NCBI GenBank assembly: GCA_043753995.1 | Contig: JAYUVP010000235.1 | Location: forward strand, 1 to 32,387 | Direction: 5' to 3' | DNA from: Fibrobacterota bacterium | Lineage (GTDB): Bacteria > Fibrobacterota > Fibrobacteria > UBA11236 | Length of the DNA: 32,387 nucleotides | Part shown: positions 1-9,133 of the stretch, one piece after another | How positions within the stretch are numbered: the first letter of the stretch is position 1 | Layout of the letters: each line of letters begins with the position of its first letter | Position numbers and translations under genes: made by a program | The notes under the pieces: generated by a model | Seen by the model: only the letters and a program-made list of their open reading frames with translations | Database searches by the model: none | What the model was told of the DNA's origin: nothing

Positions 1-18
1 GTAAAATCAACCGACTTT

Positions 19-1377
19 TTAAAACCCCACCTCAGCCAGCACCTGCATTTGCAGAGCTTGGCCGGAGATGGCGTATTCCGTATCATAGGGCCCAGCGAAG
101 GCATTCACATTGAAGCTCAAACTGAAATCATTGAGATCTTGATAGCCCAGGCCCGTGGACAAAACAGCGCTGTTTTGATTGAGATTGCCGATGGCATTGA
201 AGGTCAAGGTCAAGTCATTCAGCAAGAAGCGATTGAAGGTCGCGAAGCAGGCGGCATAATGTTGCGAATAGGCATTGGCTTCGAAGAGGCCCGAAGTCGC
301 CATGGTATTCAGCGCCGCGCTATTGGATTCGCCGGAACCAGAGACGGATCGAAGTATGGAGGCAAAGCCCAGTCGCCTATGGGAATTGCCTGGCGCATTG
401 TAAAAGTATTCGAGCACCGTATTGAGACGGTCTTGTATACCCGAAACACGGAAGCTACGGCCTAGGCTAAGGCTGGCCTTGGGCTGCCACTCCTTCTCTT
501 CGTTTTTCACATAGGGAAGGCCATTCCGGAAAGTCAAAGAATGGGTGCGATAGACTTGATGCAGGGCCACCTCGCCATTGATGTCGAGCTTCAAGGCGCG
601 GGTGGAAATGTCGGCGCCATAGACAGGATAGCGATGCCCCTTGTCCCAAATCATTAGCGACATTTCCGTGGCTCCCCACAATCTCTCGACTCGGAAAGCG
701 CCGGCGACGCTGTCGATGCGGCCTATGCCCTGCATGTCCAGGAAGCCATATAGATTCCATGCGGTTCCGAAAGGCATATGGGCCTTGGCGCCGTAGACAC
801 CCTCGCGATTGCCGATGCGGCGTAAAAAGGATTTGCGTTCGACATTGATGAGATCGGTGGGATTGAAGAAATAGCAACGGCCCCATTGCAAAATTTGTTT
901 GCCCACGCGGAAATACAGTCGATGCTGAATATTGGCATCGACGAACATTTCCGGAATGCGCCAAGACGTATTCGAATCAGCGCTCGCGCCGGTGCGCTCG
1001 GGGCTATAGCTCCATTCCAAATCGGCGAAGGCCTTGTAACCGCGCAGCAGGCGCAAGTCGAGAGCCAAATCGCCAACGGCGACATTGCTTATACTGCTGT
1101 GTTTTACGTCGGGGTCTCCGAAATATTCCCGACTGAGATCGCCTTGGCCGACCCAGAGGAGATGGCCTGAAATGCCCAGGGATTTAGCCTCAGCGTGGCT
1201 TGAAGCGCCAGGGGCGAGTTGGGCTGTTGTTGCGCTGTCGGTCACCGAAGAGGTGTCGGCGAAGAGTTGGCTTTCGTCTATGGAAATTTCCTGGGCTGTC
1301 GCCAGGGTAACACTCATGGTACCTAGGGCCAGAGCGAGATACAGAAACAAAGTTCGGCGCGGCAAAGAAGATTTCAT
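19..1377 (-). CDS. Probable outer-membrane beta-barrel protein associated with the ABC/LolA-fold operon
   Basis: 452 aa with a Sec signal peptide (…TLATA|QE) and many alternating amphipathic strands. Contains a 'RVGKQILQWG' motif typical of porin-like proteins next to LolA-fold/FtsX operons, and ends in a terminal Phe (AEVGF). Its start overlaps the upstream stop by 4 nt. Confidence 0.7.
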   Translation of the reverse strand: MKSSLPRRTLFLYLALALGTMSVTLATAQEISIDESQLFADTSSVTDSATTAQLAPGASSHAEAKSLGISGHLLWVGQGDLSREYFGDPDVKHSSISNVAVGDLALDLRLLRGYKAFADLEWSYSPERTGASADSNTSWRIPEMFVDANIQHRLYFRVGKQILQWGRCYFFNPTDLINVERKSFLRRIGNREGVYGAKAHMPFGTAWNLYGFLDMQGIGRIDSVAGAFRVERLWGATEMSLMIWDKGHRYPVYGADISTRALKLDINGEVALHQVYRTHSLTFRNGLPYVKNEEKEWQPKASLSLGRSFRVSGIQDRLNTVLEYFYNAPGNSHRRLGFASILRSVSGSGESNSAALNTMATSGLFEANAYSQHYAACFATFNRFLLNDLTLTFNAIGNLNQNSAVLSTGLGYQDLNDFSLSFNVNAFAGPYDTEYAISGQALQMQVLAEVGF

Positions 1378-2171
1378 TTACTCAGGTTTTCCAAGTAAGC
1401 CTTGGTGAATATTTCCTTGGCAATGGGCGTATGTTGGATTTCGCTGATATTGAGCTTGGTGCGATTGCCTTTTTCGAATTCATCGATGAAGATTTGCTCG
1501 ACGGCCAGGAAATGGCCTTGCACCGGCGTGTATTTCAGGAAATAAGCGGTTTGCATCAAGGCTCCGGAATTGGCGAAGCTAAGCTCCTTGAGCGGCAGAA
1601 AATTATCGCGCCGCACCCACAGGGTTTTGCGGGGATAGTCGACGTCATTCACCTTGGCGACGATGTCGAGGCGATAAACCGGGATTTTTCCCAGGTCTTC
1701 TTCCTGGATTTTTTCTTTGTCCGTCGAGTCCTTGGCGACGCCATAAAGATCGGTGATGGGGCGATCTTCGAAGTCGTCGCCTTGGGCGTCGGTGCCGCCG
1801 ATACTTTCATCGCGATTGACATGCTGAAAAGTGCGGGTATTGCGACGGTACATCCAAAAATTATCGCTGACGCGCAAATAGCCATTGCCTTTTTCGGCTT
1901 CGGGCGACTTGAAGACGATGAGGAAGGCGTCGTCGGAATCGCGGCGATAATAGAGCATTTCGAAATTCTTAATGCCCTGTCCGCTTTTTTGTTGGGTTAG
2001 GTTGACCGAGGCGGTGATGTCGCTGGTGATGCTGGAATTCTTTTGGATGGCGGCCAAAATGTCGGCGCCGGACGGGATTGAAGCCGCATTGGCCACAGTC
2101 ACGAAACCTGCAAGCGCCAAAGTGCAGCAAAATGAGAGTCGGGAATAAAACGAAGGGCGGAAAGGAGGCAT
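1374..2171 (-). CDS. Outer-membrane lipoprotein-sorting protein (LolA-like fold, TP0789/DUF1329-like)
   Basis: 265 aa with a signal peptide (…VANA|AS). Family-like motifs: FKSPEAEKGNGYL, NFWMY, GGTDAQGDDF, YPRKTLWV…NFLPLK, and C-terminal IFTKAYLENL. Confidence 0.85.
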   Translation of the reverse strand: MPPFRPSFYSRLSFCCTLALAGFVTVANAASIPSGADILAAIQKNSSITSDITASVNLTQQKSGQGIKNFEMLYYRRDSDDAFLIVFKSPEAEKGNGYLRVSDNFWMYRRNTRTFQHVNRDESIGGTDAQGDDFEDRPITDLYGVAKDSTDKEKIQEEDLGKIPVYRLDIVAKVNDVDYPRKTLWVRRDNFLPLKELSFANSGALMQTAYFLKYTPVQGHFLAVEQIFIDEFEKGNRTKLNISEIQHTPIAKEIFTKAYLENLSK

Positions 2172-2200
2172 GGGTTTATCCTTGTGATCTTTGACGCGTA

Positions 2201-3997
2201 TTATCCGAAATGCCTCAGGGCTTCGGCGGCGGAAAGATTGGCGGCGCGACGCGCCGGAAACCAGGCCGTCGCCACGGCAATGGCGAGTATGAGCAAGAGA
2301 TAGAGGGAGGTGCCTAACAAGGTTGGGCGGAAATACAAGCGGCCATTGTCCAAAAGCATGCCCAGGGCATTGCCATCGATTTGAAATTGCAAACGGGTGA
2401 GCAGGGCCATGGAAAGGAAGGCGAGGCCTAGGCCCACCAAGCAGGCCGCGAAAGAAAGGAAAAAGGTTTCCATCAGGAATTGCGTGCGCACATCACCTCT
2501 TTGCATGCCGATGGCGCGCATGGTGCCGATTTCGCGCGTGCGCTCACGTATGGTCATGCGCAGGGTATTCACCACGCCCACTTGAATGATGAAAAAGAGA
2601 ATGAGCACGGCGGAAAGGGTGATGATATTGAGGGCGTATTCGAGTTTAATCACCATGCTCGCGCTTTCATACATGGTTTGCACGTCGACAAGAGTCGCCT
2701 TGGTCTTGAGCCGTGTGGCGTCGCGGTATTTTTGCTGCATGGCCTCGGTGGTGGCAGTGCGATTCATGAGCAACCATTCGGCATTGAGGAAGGGGAAAGC
2801 CCAATGCGCCGAGTCAGGACGAAAGGCCTTGCCTTCCGGCCTGGGTGGCGCAGGCCAAGCCGAGTAGAAGAAGCCGTAAAACTCTTTGTCATTGACCAGG
2901 AGAATATCACCCGGTAAATCCGCCTCACGAGGGATTATTCCAGTGACCTTGAATACCGCGCTGGCCTTCGCCGAATCGTGTTTGGAGGTATAGCTCAAGG
3001 TGCATAGGGATCCAGGAGCGAGCTTTAGGGAATCGGCGATGGTTGCACCGATCAGAATCGACTTTTTGCCAATGCCGCCGGGAATGTCCGTTTGGTTTTC
3101 CGCATTGGGATCGATGGCCGTCATGCCCAGCTTGGTGGCCAAGCCCCGCAGCGATGCCGTGTCGACGCGAAAGCCCAGCACCGTAGCAGGCATGTGACGT
3201 GGTTCTTCACTCGCCTTGATTTCTCCGTAGGCGATAGCCAAGGGTGGCGTCAGGGCGGCATGCAGGACATTAGCATTCGGTATAGCCGTCTTTTTCGAAT
3301 CTTTCAGGGTAATGTGCAGACCACTGATGTCATGGGGGCCATAGCCTGCCATCCCTTTGAGACGCTTGGCGTCGAGAAAGACGGGCGCCGACATGAATAT
3401 ATTGGCGGGCTTGAAAATGCCCGCCACCGTGAGGCGAACTGCTTGGCTGCGCCCGAACACGTCTTGAAAGCGGGCGCGCAGGGCATCGCCTTGTTTTACC
3501 CGAAGGTATTTCGCTTTGTCGGCGGCCACCAGCACGGGATTCTCGATATCGCTGCGCTGCATCTCTCGAAAGGCCGAATCGGTCATGCCGAAATTGGATC
3601 GCATTTCGGCTTTTTCAGCCGCGGTCATAGTGGTATCGGTTTTGATGCCCACCAAAATCACATTATCGGAAACGCCTTCACCCACCACGCGACTGAAAAG
3701 GCCCATGCCTTCTTCGACTTTTGCATCGTGCGGCAAAACCTTGCGGGCCAAGGCCAGCATGCTTTCCCCGTCACGGAAGATTTGATTATTGATATTGCCT
3801 TTTTCCGAAAAGGCCAAGGTCACATGCCCGGTAACATAGGCGAGAATACGATTGAACATCAAGTCGGAGATGCCATGGGAGAAAGCATGCGCCAAGGTGA
3901 GCACGGCCATGCCTATGGAAATGGCTGCTCCGAGCAAGAGATTGCGGCGCTTTTGGCGAAACAAGTTGCGCAGGCTGATGATGAGTAGGAATTTCAT
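2201..3997 (-). CDS. FtsX/LolC/E-like (type VII) ABC transporter permease with an enlarged periplasmic domain
   Basis: N-terminal 'SLRNLFRQKRRNLL' plus TM1, then a long periplasmic region. C-terminal FtsX domain: NTLRMTIRERTREIGTMRAIG…PARRAANLSAAEALR. Confidence 0.92.
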   Translation of the reverse strand: MKFLLIISLRNLFRQKRRNLLLGAAISIGMAVLTLAHAFSHGISDLMFNRILAYVTGHVTLAFSEKGNINNQIFRDGESMLALARKVLPHDAKVEEGMGLFSRVVGEGVSDNVILVGIKTDTTMTAAEKAEMRSNFGMTDSAFREMQRSDIENPVLVAADKAKYLRVKQGDALRARFQDVFGRSQAVRLTVAGIFKPANIFMSAPVFLDAKRLKGMAGYGPHDISGLHITLKDSKKTAIPNANVLHAALTPPLAIAYGEIKASEEPRHMPATVLGFRVDTASLRGLATKLGMTAIDPNAENQTDIPGGIGKKSILIGATIADSLKLAPGSLCTLSYTSKHDSAKASAVFKVTGIIPREADLPGDILLVNDKEFYGFFYSAWPAPPRPEGKAFRPDSAHWAFPFLNAEWLLMNRTATTEAMQQKYRDATRLKTKATLVDVQTMYESASMVIKLEYALNIITLSAVLILFFIIQVGVVNTLRMTIRERTREIGTMRAIGMQRGDVRTQFLMETFFLSFAACLVGLGLAFLSMALLTRLQFQIDGNALGMLLDNGRLYFRPTLLGTSLYLLLILAIAVATAWFPARRAANLSAAEALRHFG

Positions 3998-4013
3998 GTT
4001 CGTGCCGCCCGCC

Positions 4014-5576
4014 TCATTCTTTCGACACCGCGTCCAGCGGGGTCATGCGTCGCGCCAGCCACAGCGGGTAAATCACGGCGGCGAGAGTGACCAAGGCCAA
4101 TTGCATGAGTGCCAAAATGAAATCGCCCGGCGTGAGCAAGGGCCGAAAGGTATCACCACCGAAAAAGAGCTGGAGCATGTCATTGGTAGAGGTGATGCGG
4201 AAAAGCGAGACCACAAATACGGCCACCGCACCCGTGACTATGCCCAGTCCACCGAAGAACAGCGATAAAAGGGCGGTTTCGGTGAGGAACATGACGGTGA
4301 CAAAGCTTTTACGAGCGCCGATGGCGCGCATCATGCCGATTTCCGAGGTGCGCTCCATGGCAGCCATGCTCAAGGTATTGATGATAATAATGACGGCAAC
4401 CACAAATAGAAAACTGACGAAGACGAATAGCGCGCTCTTGATCAAGGAGGCGAGGCTGCCAAGCGTCCCCAAGGATTGCTTCCAGGTCACGGCACGTACG
4501 CCGAGCTTTTCCTTTTCGAATAGGGCATTCAATTCCTTGAGGGCCGCATCCGGCCTTGTTCCAGGCTTGAGCAATAGCAGGACGAGATTGTAGGCGCCCT
4601 GATCGAGATCGGGAGGTAACGTTGGGGATACGGTTCCTGCGGCTGGGGCAGGGGTCTGGGTGGAGAGCGGAGAGGCGCTCAAGTCCGGTGTTTTTCCCGC
4701 GGGAAGTTCGGCGACCAAGGATGATTGATCGCTGAACATGGCATCGAGACCTTCGGATTCCAATGCAAACAAAGCGCTGTCCTGGCCGCTGACCTTGCCT
4801 TGCGTTCTTTCCGAGGCCCGGAAATAGCCCAGGCATTGGCGATAGGATTCGATATCAACCAATGCAAAAGCGCCGAAAAGGGTATTGAGCGAACGGTAGC
4901 GAAAGAGGCCATCGACATCGAGACGTATGTCGGTGGTGCTATTGTCGGCATTGAATCCTAATAGAACCATGCTCGATTTAACACTTAACTCGGCGCGATG
5001 CAGCTTGGCATCGCCTTCGAGATTCGCCGTGTCGAGCTTGGCGCCTTTGGGAATGAACCAAATATTGGTGCCGGTGAAAATCTCCTTGCGCGCGCCCAGG
5101 GGTAAAAGCAGGCCTGGCTTACCTGGCTCGGGCAAATGCCCCTCTTTCAAATCGAGGGTTTTGGGGAACATTTTGGCATAGCGCTCGAAGTCGACACCGA
5201 TCAAATAGAGATAGGTGGGCAGGCCCTCATCTTCATTGATCACCATGGCCATGTTTTTGCCAATGGGCAAAAGCTCTTTCACCAGGGGATGATTCTCCAG
5301 GGCTTTTTCGATGGCGGTGAAATTCGGCAAGGCCTCGATGGGACGTCCCATCATTTCCATGAAAACATTGTCGCTCTCTTGCTTGTCGGGCACCAAAACC
5401 AAATCACCGGTGAAGCCTTTCACTATGGTTTCGTGCAGGCCCTCATCCATGCCTGAGACCACGCCATTGCCTATAGTCATTAGCAAGGCGCCGAGAAAAA
5501 GAATGGCACCGACGACCAGGCTTTGCCCGCGATGCCGGAAGAGATTGCGCCAGGCGATTTTAAGGATTAGCAGCAC
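4014..5576 (-). CDS. FtsX/LolC/E-like (type VII) ABC transporter permease
   Basis: GTG start abuts the ATPase stop. Motifs AWRNLFRH, NTLSMAAMERTSEIGMMRAIG and C-terminal YPLWLARRMTPLDAV. Confidence 0.92.
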   Translation of the reverse strand: MLLILKIAWRNLFRHRGQSLVVGAILFLGALLMTIGNGVVSGMDEGLHETIVKGFTGDLVLVPDKQESDNVFMEMMGRPIEALPNFTAIEKALENHPLVKELLPIGKNMAMVINEDEGLPTYLYLIGVDFERYAKMFPKTLDLKEGHLPEPGKPGLLLPLGARKEIFTGTNIWFIPKGAKLDTANLEGDAKLHRAELSVKSSMVLLGFNADNSTTDIRLDVDGLFRYRSLNTLFGAFALVDIESYRQCLGYFRASERTQGKVSGQDSALFALESEGLDAMFSDQSSLVAELPAGKTPDLSASPLSTQTPAPAAGTVSPTLPPDLDQGAYNLVLLLLKPGTRPDAALKELNALFEKEKLGVRAVTWKQSLGTLGSLASLIKSALFVFVSFLFVVAVIIIINTLSMAAMERTSEIGMMRAIGARKSFVTVMFLTETALLSLFFGGLGIVTGAVAVFVVSLFRITSTNDMLQLFFGGDTFRPLLTPGDFILALMQLALVTLAAVIYPLWLARRMTPLDAVSKE

Positions 5577-6254
5577 CTAGGCCTCCGCGATGCGGCCGTC
5601 GATGATATGCACTACCGTTTTCGCATACTTGAGCACATTGGGATCATGAGTCGAAAACACAAAGGTGGTTTGCTCTTTGCGATTCATCTCCTTCATGATT
5701 TCGAGAATCGAAGCGCCGGTCACCGAATCCAAATTCGCGGTGGGCTCATCCGCTAGCACGATATCGGGATTTGTCACCAAGGCGCGCGCTATGGCCACAC
5801 GCTGGCGCTGGCCGCCTGACAATTCTGCCGGGCGATGCTTGCCGAATTCGCGCAACCCAACTTCTTCGAGCAAACCTTCGGCTCGCTTGCGAATATCCCC
5901 ATGCGACAATTTCTTCTGTAGCAAAAGCGGGAATTCGACATTCTCCAAGGCCGTAAGCACGGGAATGAGATTGAAGTTCTGGAAAATAAAGCCCAAATGA
6001 TGCAGGCGGAGATTGGTGATTTCGCGATCTTTAAGCGTTGACAAATCCTGGCCTGAAACCATGACCTTCCCTTTAGAGGCCAAGTCGATGCAACCGATAA
6101 TATTGAGCAAGGTGGTTTTGCCGCTGCCCGAGGGTCCCATGATGGTCACGAGATCGCCTTTAGCAATATCGAGATCCACGCCGCGCAAGGCCTGCACCAT
6201 GGTTTTGCCGAGGGCATAATCCTTGGTGAGTCCGCGTATTTCGATGATGTTCAC
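5577..6254 (-). CDS. ABC transporter ATP-binding protein (LolD/MacB family)
   Basis: Walker A GPSGSGKT, signature LSGGQRQR, Walker B VLADEPTANLD and H-loop STHD. Start moved to GTG at 6254 because a GGAGG RBS lies just upstream. Confidence 0.95.
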   Translation of the reverse strand: MNIIEIRGLTKDYALGKTMVQALRGVDLDIAKGDLVTIMGPSGSGKTTLLNIIGCIDLASKGKVMVSGQDLSTLKDREITNLRLHHLGFIFQNFNLIPVLTALENVEFPLLLQKKLSHGDIRKRAEGLLEEVGLREFGKHRPAELSGGQRQRVAIARALVTNPDIVLADEPTANLDSVTGASILEIMKEMNRKEQTTFVFSTHDPNVLKYAKTVVHIIDGRIAEA

Positions 6255-6396
6255 CGCTGCCTCCGGTTCCTGGAAACCGTGGCAAAGAATAGCATCGCTT
6301 TTAGGCCAAATTGTGCAAGTTCGACATTTTGTCAAAAGCAAGAGCCGGTAACGCTTGGGTTACGAAGGGTTAGACCCCATTGGGCTTAGAAAGGGG

Positions 6397-6582
6397 TCAG
6401 TCTTGGGCTTCCTTGGCTTTTTCGCGCATGATGATGCATATCATGGTGCCGAAGGGACCGAGAAGAACGCCGAGGTAGAAGCCTTCCCAGCGCTTGCCAT
6501 AGGGGGCGAGCATGATCAGGTTGGCGATGGCGAATAAGTGCCAGATGACCCCGAAAATGGCTAGCGACCAGGAGAAGTCCAT
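6397..6582 (-). CDS. Small putative membrane protein (61 aa)
   Basis: Two hydrophobic segments (the second is GFYLGVLLGPFGTMICII) and a charged C-tail. It fills the gap and is co-oriented with its neighbours. Confidence 0.55.
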   Translation of the reverse strand: MDFSWSLAIFGVIWHLFAIANLIMLAPYGKRWEGFYLGVLLGPFGTMICIIMREKAKEAQD

Positions 6583-6649
6583 GGGGGAAAGTTAAGTGAA
6601 TTTCGGATTTTTGTTTGGCCAGGAAGCGAGGGGGGAGACTTCACCCCAA

Positions 6650-7735
6650 CTAATACGATGCACCTAATGATTTAGGCAGAGGCTTTCTGGTTTTAGTAAT
6701 CCGCCAATACTGTGAAGCATTGGTCGCGGATTTTTCCAGGTCCTTGATTTGCGACTCCGCCTTTTTTCTTTGGTCCCAAGTATAAGGTGCGTAATGATTC
6801 GCTTGATAGAGGTGGGCTAACTGCATGGAAGAGTCGCCGCGTATTTCATCGCAATAAGCTTGGGTCCAAGGCAATAAATAATAGGCCGAGTCTAAATCTT
6901 GGGCTACAGCCAAATCTTTTTGCGCTTCGGAAAACTTTTTGCTTTTGCAAAGCAAGTGCGCTCGACTGATCAGGGCCAAATAATCATTCGGATATTTTTC
7001 CAGGATTTGATTCAGCCTTTCTGATGTAGAAAACCAATCGCGTATGGCGTTTTGATGGGTGAGGCTTCCTTGCGCGCTGAGGGTCATTTCCTTGTCTGAA
7101 ATCTCGTTGAATATTTTCACTGCGTGCACCGGATTATCTTTAGCTTCGGCCCAAGCCCTGGGATAAGGTTTTAATAGGTTGCGCAATGAATCGCCTCCAA
7201 AGGTCTGATTGCTGTCGGGCGGCATAGACATGCCCGGCTTGCCTTTGGCAAAATAGCGTGGAAAGTTTCCTGGATAATGGCCATAAGCATTGACCTTGCC
7301 TTCAGCTAATAAAAAAACCCAATGCTTGGAAAGAGGATAGCCACGTAATCCCCAGACACGAATGGAGTCGGTGTCTTCGGGAAAATAGCGGTGACCGGAT
7401 AGTTCCGCATAGGAATAGGAGGGCTTTTTGGATTCCGGATCACGGATTTTCTTTTCGCCGTTGATGGGCTCAAATTCGACCTCTCTTGCTTTGAGCTTAA
7501 TACTCACCATGCCGTATCCTTGCGCATTTTCACCTTGCTTGGGAAAAACTTCGATATAGGCCGTGACCGGAGGCAGGTAATCTTCTGAATCAGTGGACTG
7601 GGTGAATTGGCGCACCATTCCGGAGCGCTGCCTGGTTGTCTCCATTTGACTCATTACATCGACACCCACTCGGGGTGCAGCCAAAGCGCAATGAATTAGC
7701 AGAAGAAGGGCAATATTGACCTGATTAAAACTCAT
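6650..7735 (-). CDS. Secreted hypothetical protein: unknown N-terminal domain plus C-terminal TPR region
   Basis: ATG at 7735 with a GGGAG RBS and a signal peptide (…HCALA|AP). TPR-like helices EKYPNDYLALISRAHLLCKSKKFSEAQKDL. Paralogous to 7725..9098. Confidence 0.75.
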   Translation of the reverse strand: MSFNQVNIALLLLIHCALAAPRVGVDVMSQMETTRQRSGMVRQFTQSTDSEDYLPPVTAYIEVFPKQGENAQGYGMVSIKLKAREVEFEPINGEKKIRDPESKKPSYSYAELSGHRYFPEDTDSIRVWGLRGYPLSKHWVFLLAEGKVNAYGHYPGNFPRYFAKGKPGMSMPPDSNQTFGGDSLRNLLKPYPRAWAEAKDNPVHAVKIFNEISDKEMTLSAQGSLTHQNAIRDWFSTSERLNQILEKYPNDYLALISRAHLLCKSKKFSEAQKDLAVAQDLDSAYYLLPWTQAYCDEIRGDSSMQLAHLYQANHYAPYTWDQRKKAESQIKDLEKSATNASQYWRITKTRKPLPKSLGASY

Positions 7736-9098
7736 AGCCAACTCCCAGGTAAGGGAAAATATCTTTGGAGGCGCCGATTGTTTCTTTGCCGTCCACGCTC
7801 AAATGGGAAGGCTCGAAGTAGTAGCTCGCACCAAACTCAAACAAAAATCCACCAGGTCGTTTCAAGTCGAAGACGCCGCCAATTTCAGGTCCGATTAAGC
7901 GTAGCGCAGAGCTTCGACTAGTACTGTAAAAATTGAAGTCAACAAATCCTATATAAGCTCGAAAAACCTGTCCTGGCGCATAAAGCCTCAGGGACAAGGC
8001 TGGTATGGGTGTCGCCCAAACCACATTTAAAATGCCTTCGGAGGCCGAAGCGCTGAATCGAAACCCACTGAATTGGAACTGGGTGTACAACCCCATTCCC
8101 ACTGCCGAAAATGGTATGCCAAAACCGAATTTATAGCCCATGAAGAACTGCTTGTTTGCATTGACGGTGCGCACGGTATCATAAACCACAACGCTATCAT
8201 TCCGAACCATGGTTTTTTGAAGGGTTGCCTGTAATGAATAAGGAACATGACGTGTCGCGCTATCATAATAAACATTGGCAACCGTGCGGTTGAGCTTTTC
8301 ATCTTCGCAAAAACCACGTACAAGCAAGGTGCGAAAGTGGGGGCTTTTAACGCGATCCATTCTTTCCAAGTAGCCTGCAGCTTTGTCGAATTCTTTATGC
8401 ATGCAGAAATACTCTGCGAGTCGACCCAAGGCGACAAGGTCATTGGGATTTTTATCCACGCGCTCCGCGTTTTCCCGAGGACGGATCAGCGTTTTTCCGG
8501 GTAAGGAATTTTCCTCTTCGGTTTCTTCATAATTCAAATCGGTCACTGCTTCGTGTTGAAATCGGTTGTAATAGCAAATGGCTCCCAAGGGTTCTTTATG
8601 CCATTGCAAATACGCTTCGGGGATTTTCTTCAATAGTTCGCGAAATCTTTTTTGATCTCGACTTTTTTCCAAGGGGTATACCTGGCCCTCCATCTCGGCT
8701 TTCACCAACTCGCCATAGGGCTCAATCGAATAAGCCGTGATGATTCCCCGCTCAACTGCGAAAAGCCAAAAGCCGACCACCGGCTTCCCGGGTATTCCGT
8801 TGAGGGAAATCGAGTCAGTATTTTGCGGCAGAAACTTTTTTCCATTCAGCAGGAGCCAATGGCTTTCAAATCCCAGGTAGCGGCCGCTGTCCGCCTTGTT
8901 ATTGGGATTGACATGAAAGGAGGCAAAGCCCGAAATCGTTTTTTCGCCTTGATAGACCGTGGCATAATATTGATCGGCATAGTTCAAGGAATGGTGTGCC
9001 TCGAATTCCGCGATATGCTTTTCTAGATCGACGGGCATGGTTTCGGAAAACGCCGGAAGAACCGACCCAAGAACAAACAGCCATGTAGGGAAACGCAT
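7725..9098 (-). CDS. Secreted hypothetical protein: unknown domain, TPR region and probable small C-terminal beta-barrel
   Basis: Signal peptide (…PAFS|E) and TPR-like DKNPNDLVALGRLAEYFCMHKEFDKA. The last ~140 aa are amphipathic strands ending YLGVGYEF. Confidence 0.75.
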   Translation of the reverse strand: MRFPTWLFVLGSVLPAFSETMPVDLEKHIAEFEAHHSLNYADQYYATVYQGEKTISGFASFHVNPNNKADSGRYLGFESHWLLLNGKKFLPQNTDSISLNGIPGKPVVGFWLFAVERGIITAYSIEPYGELVKAEMEGQVYPLEKSRDQKRFRELLKKIPEAYLQWHKEPLGAICYYNRFQHEAVTDLNYEETEEENSLPGKTLIRPRENAERVDKNPNDLVALGRLAEYFCMHKEFDKAAGYLERMDRVKSPHFRTLLVRGFCEDEKLNRTVANVYYDSATRHVPYSLQATLQKTMVRNDSVVVYDTVRTVNANKQFFMGYKFGFGIPFSAVGMGLYTQFQFSGFRFSASASEGILNVVWATPIPALSLRLYAPGQVFRAYIGFVDFNFYSTSRSSALRLIGPEIGGVFDLKRPGGFLFEFGASYYFEPSHLSVDGKETIGASKDIFPYLGVGYEF

Positions 9099-9133
9099 TC
9101 GCGCAAACTTAGCTAAAGGGATTCTCTCAAGTC

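Noticed and set aside
1374..6254. Assigning lolA/lolC/lolD/lolE or macB gene symbols
   Set aside because: Only family-level similarity. The permeases are oversized and the partner proteins differ from the canonical systems.
6280..6345. Promoter or operator upstream of the ABC ATPase (minus-strand TTGACA, a GACA-TTT-TGTC palindrome and a sigma54-like TGGC…TGC)
   Set aside because: The spacing to any -10 hexamer or the GG-N10-GC rule is not met, and the palindrome is too short to call.
6373..6398. GACCCC…GGGGTC inverted repeat at the end of the 61-aa ORF
   Set aside because: Only a 6-bp stem with a long loop and no U-tract, so not supportable as a terminator or element end.
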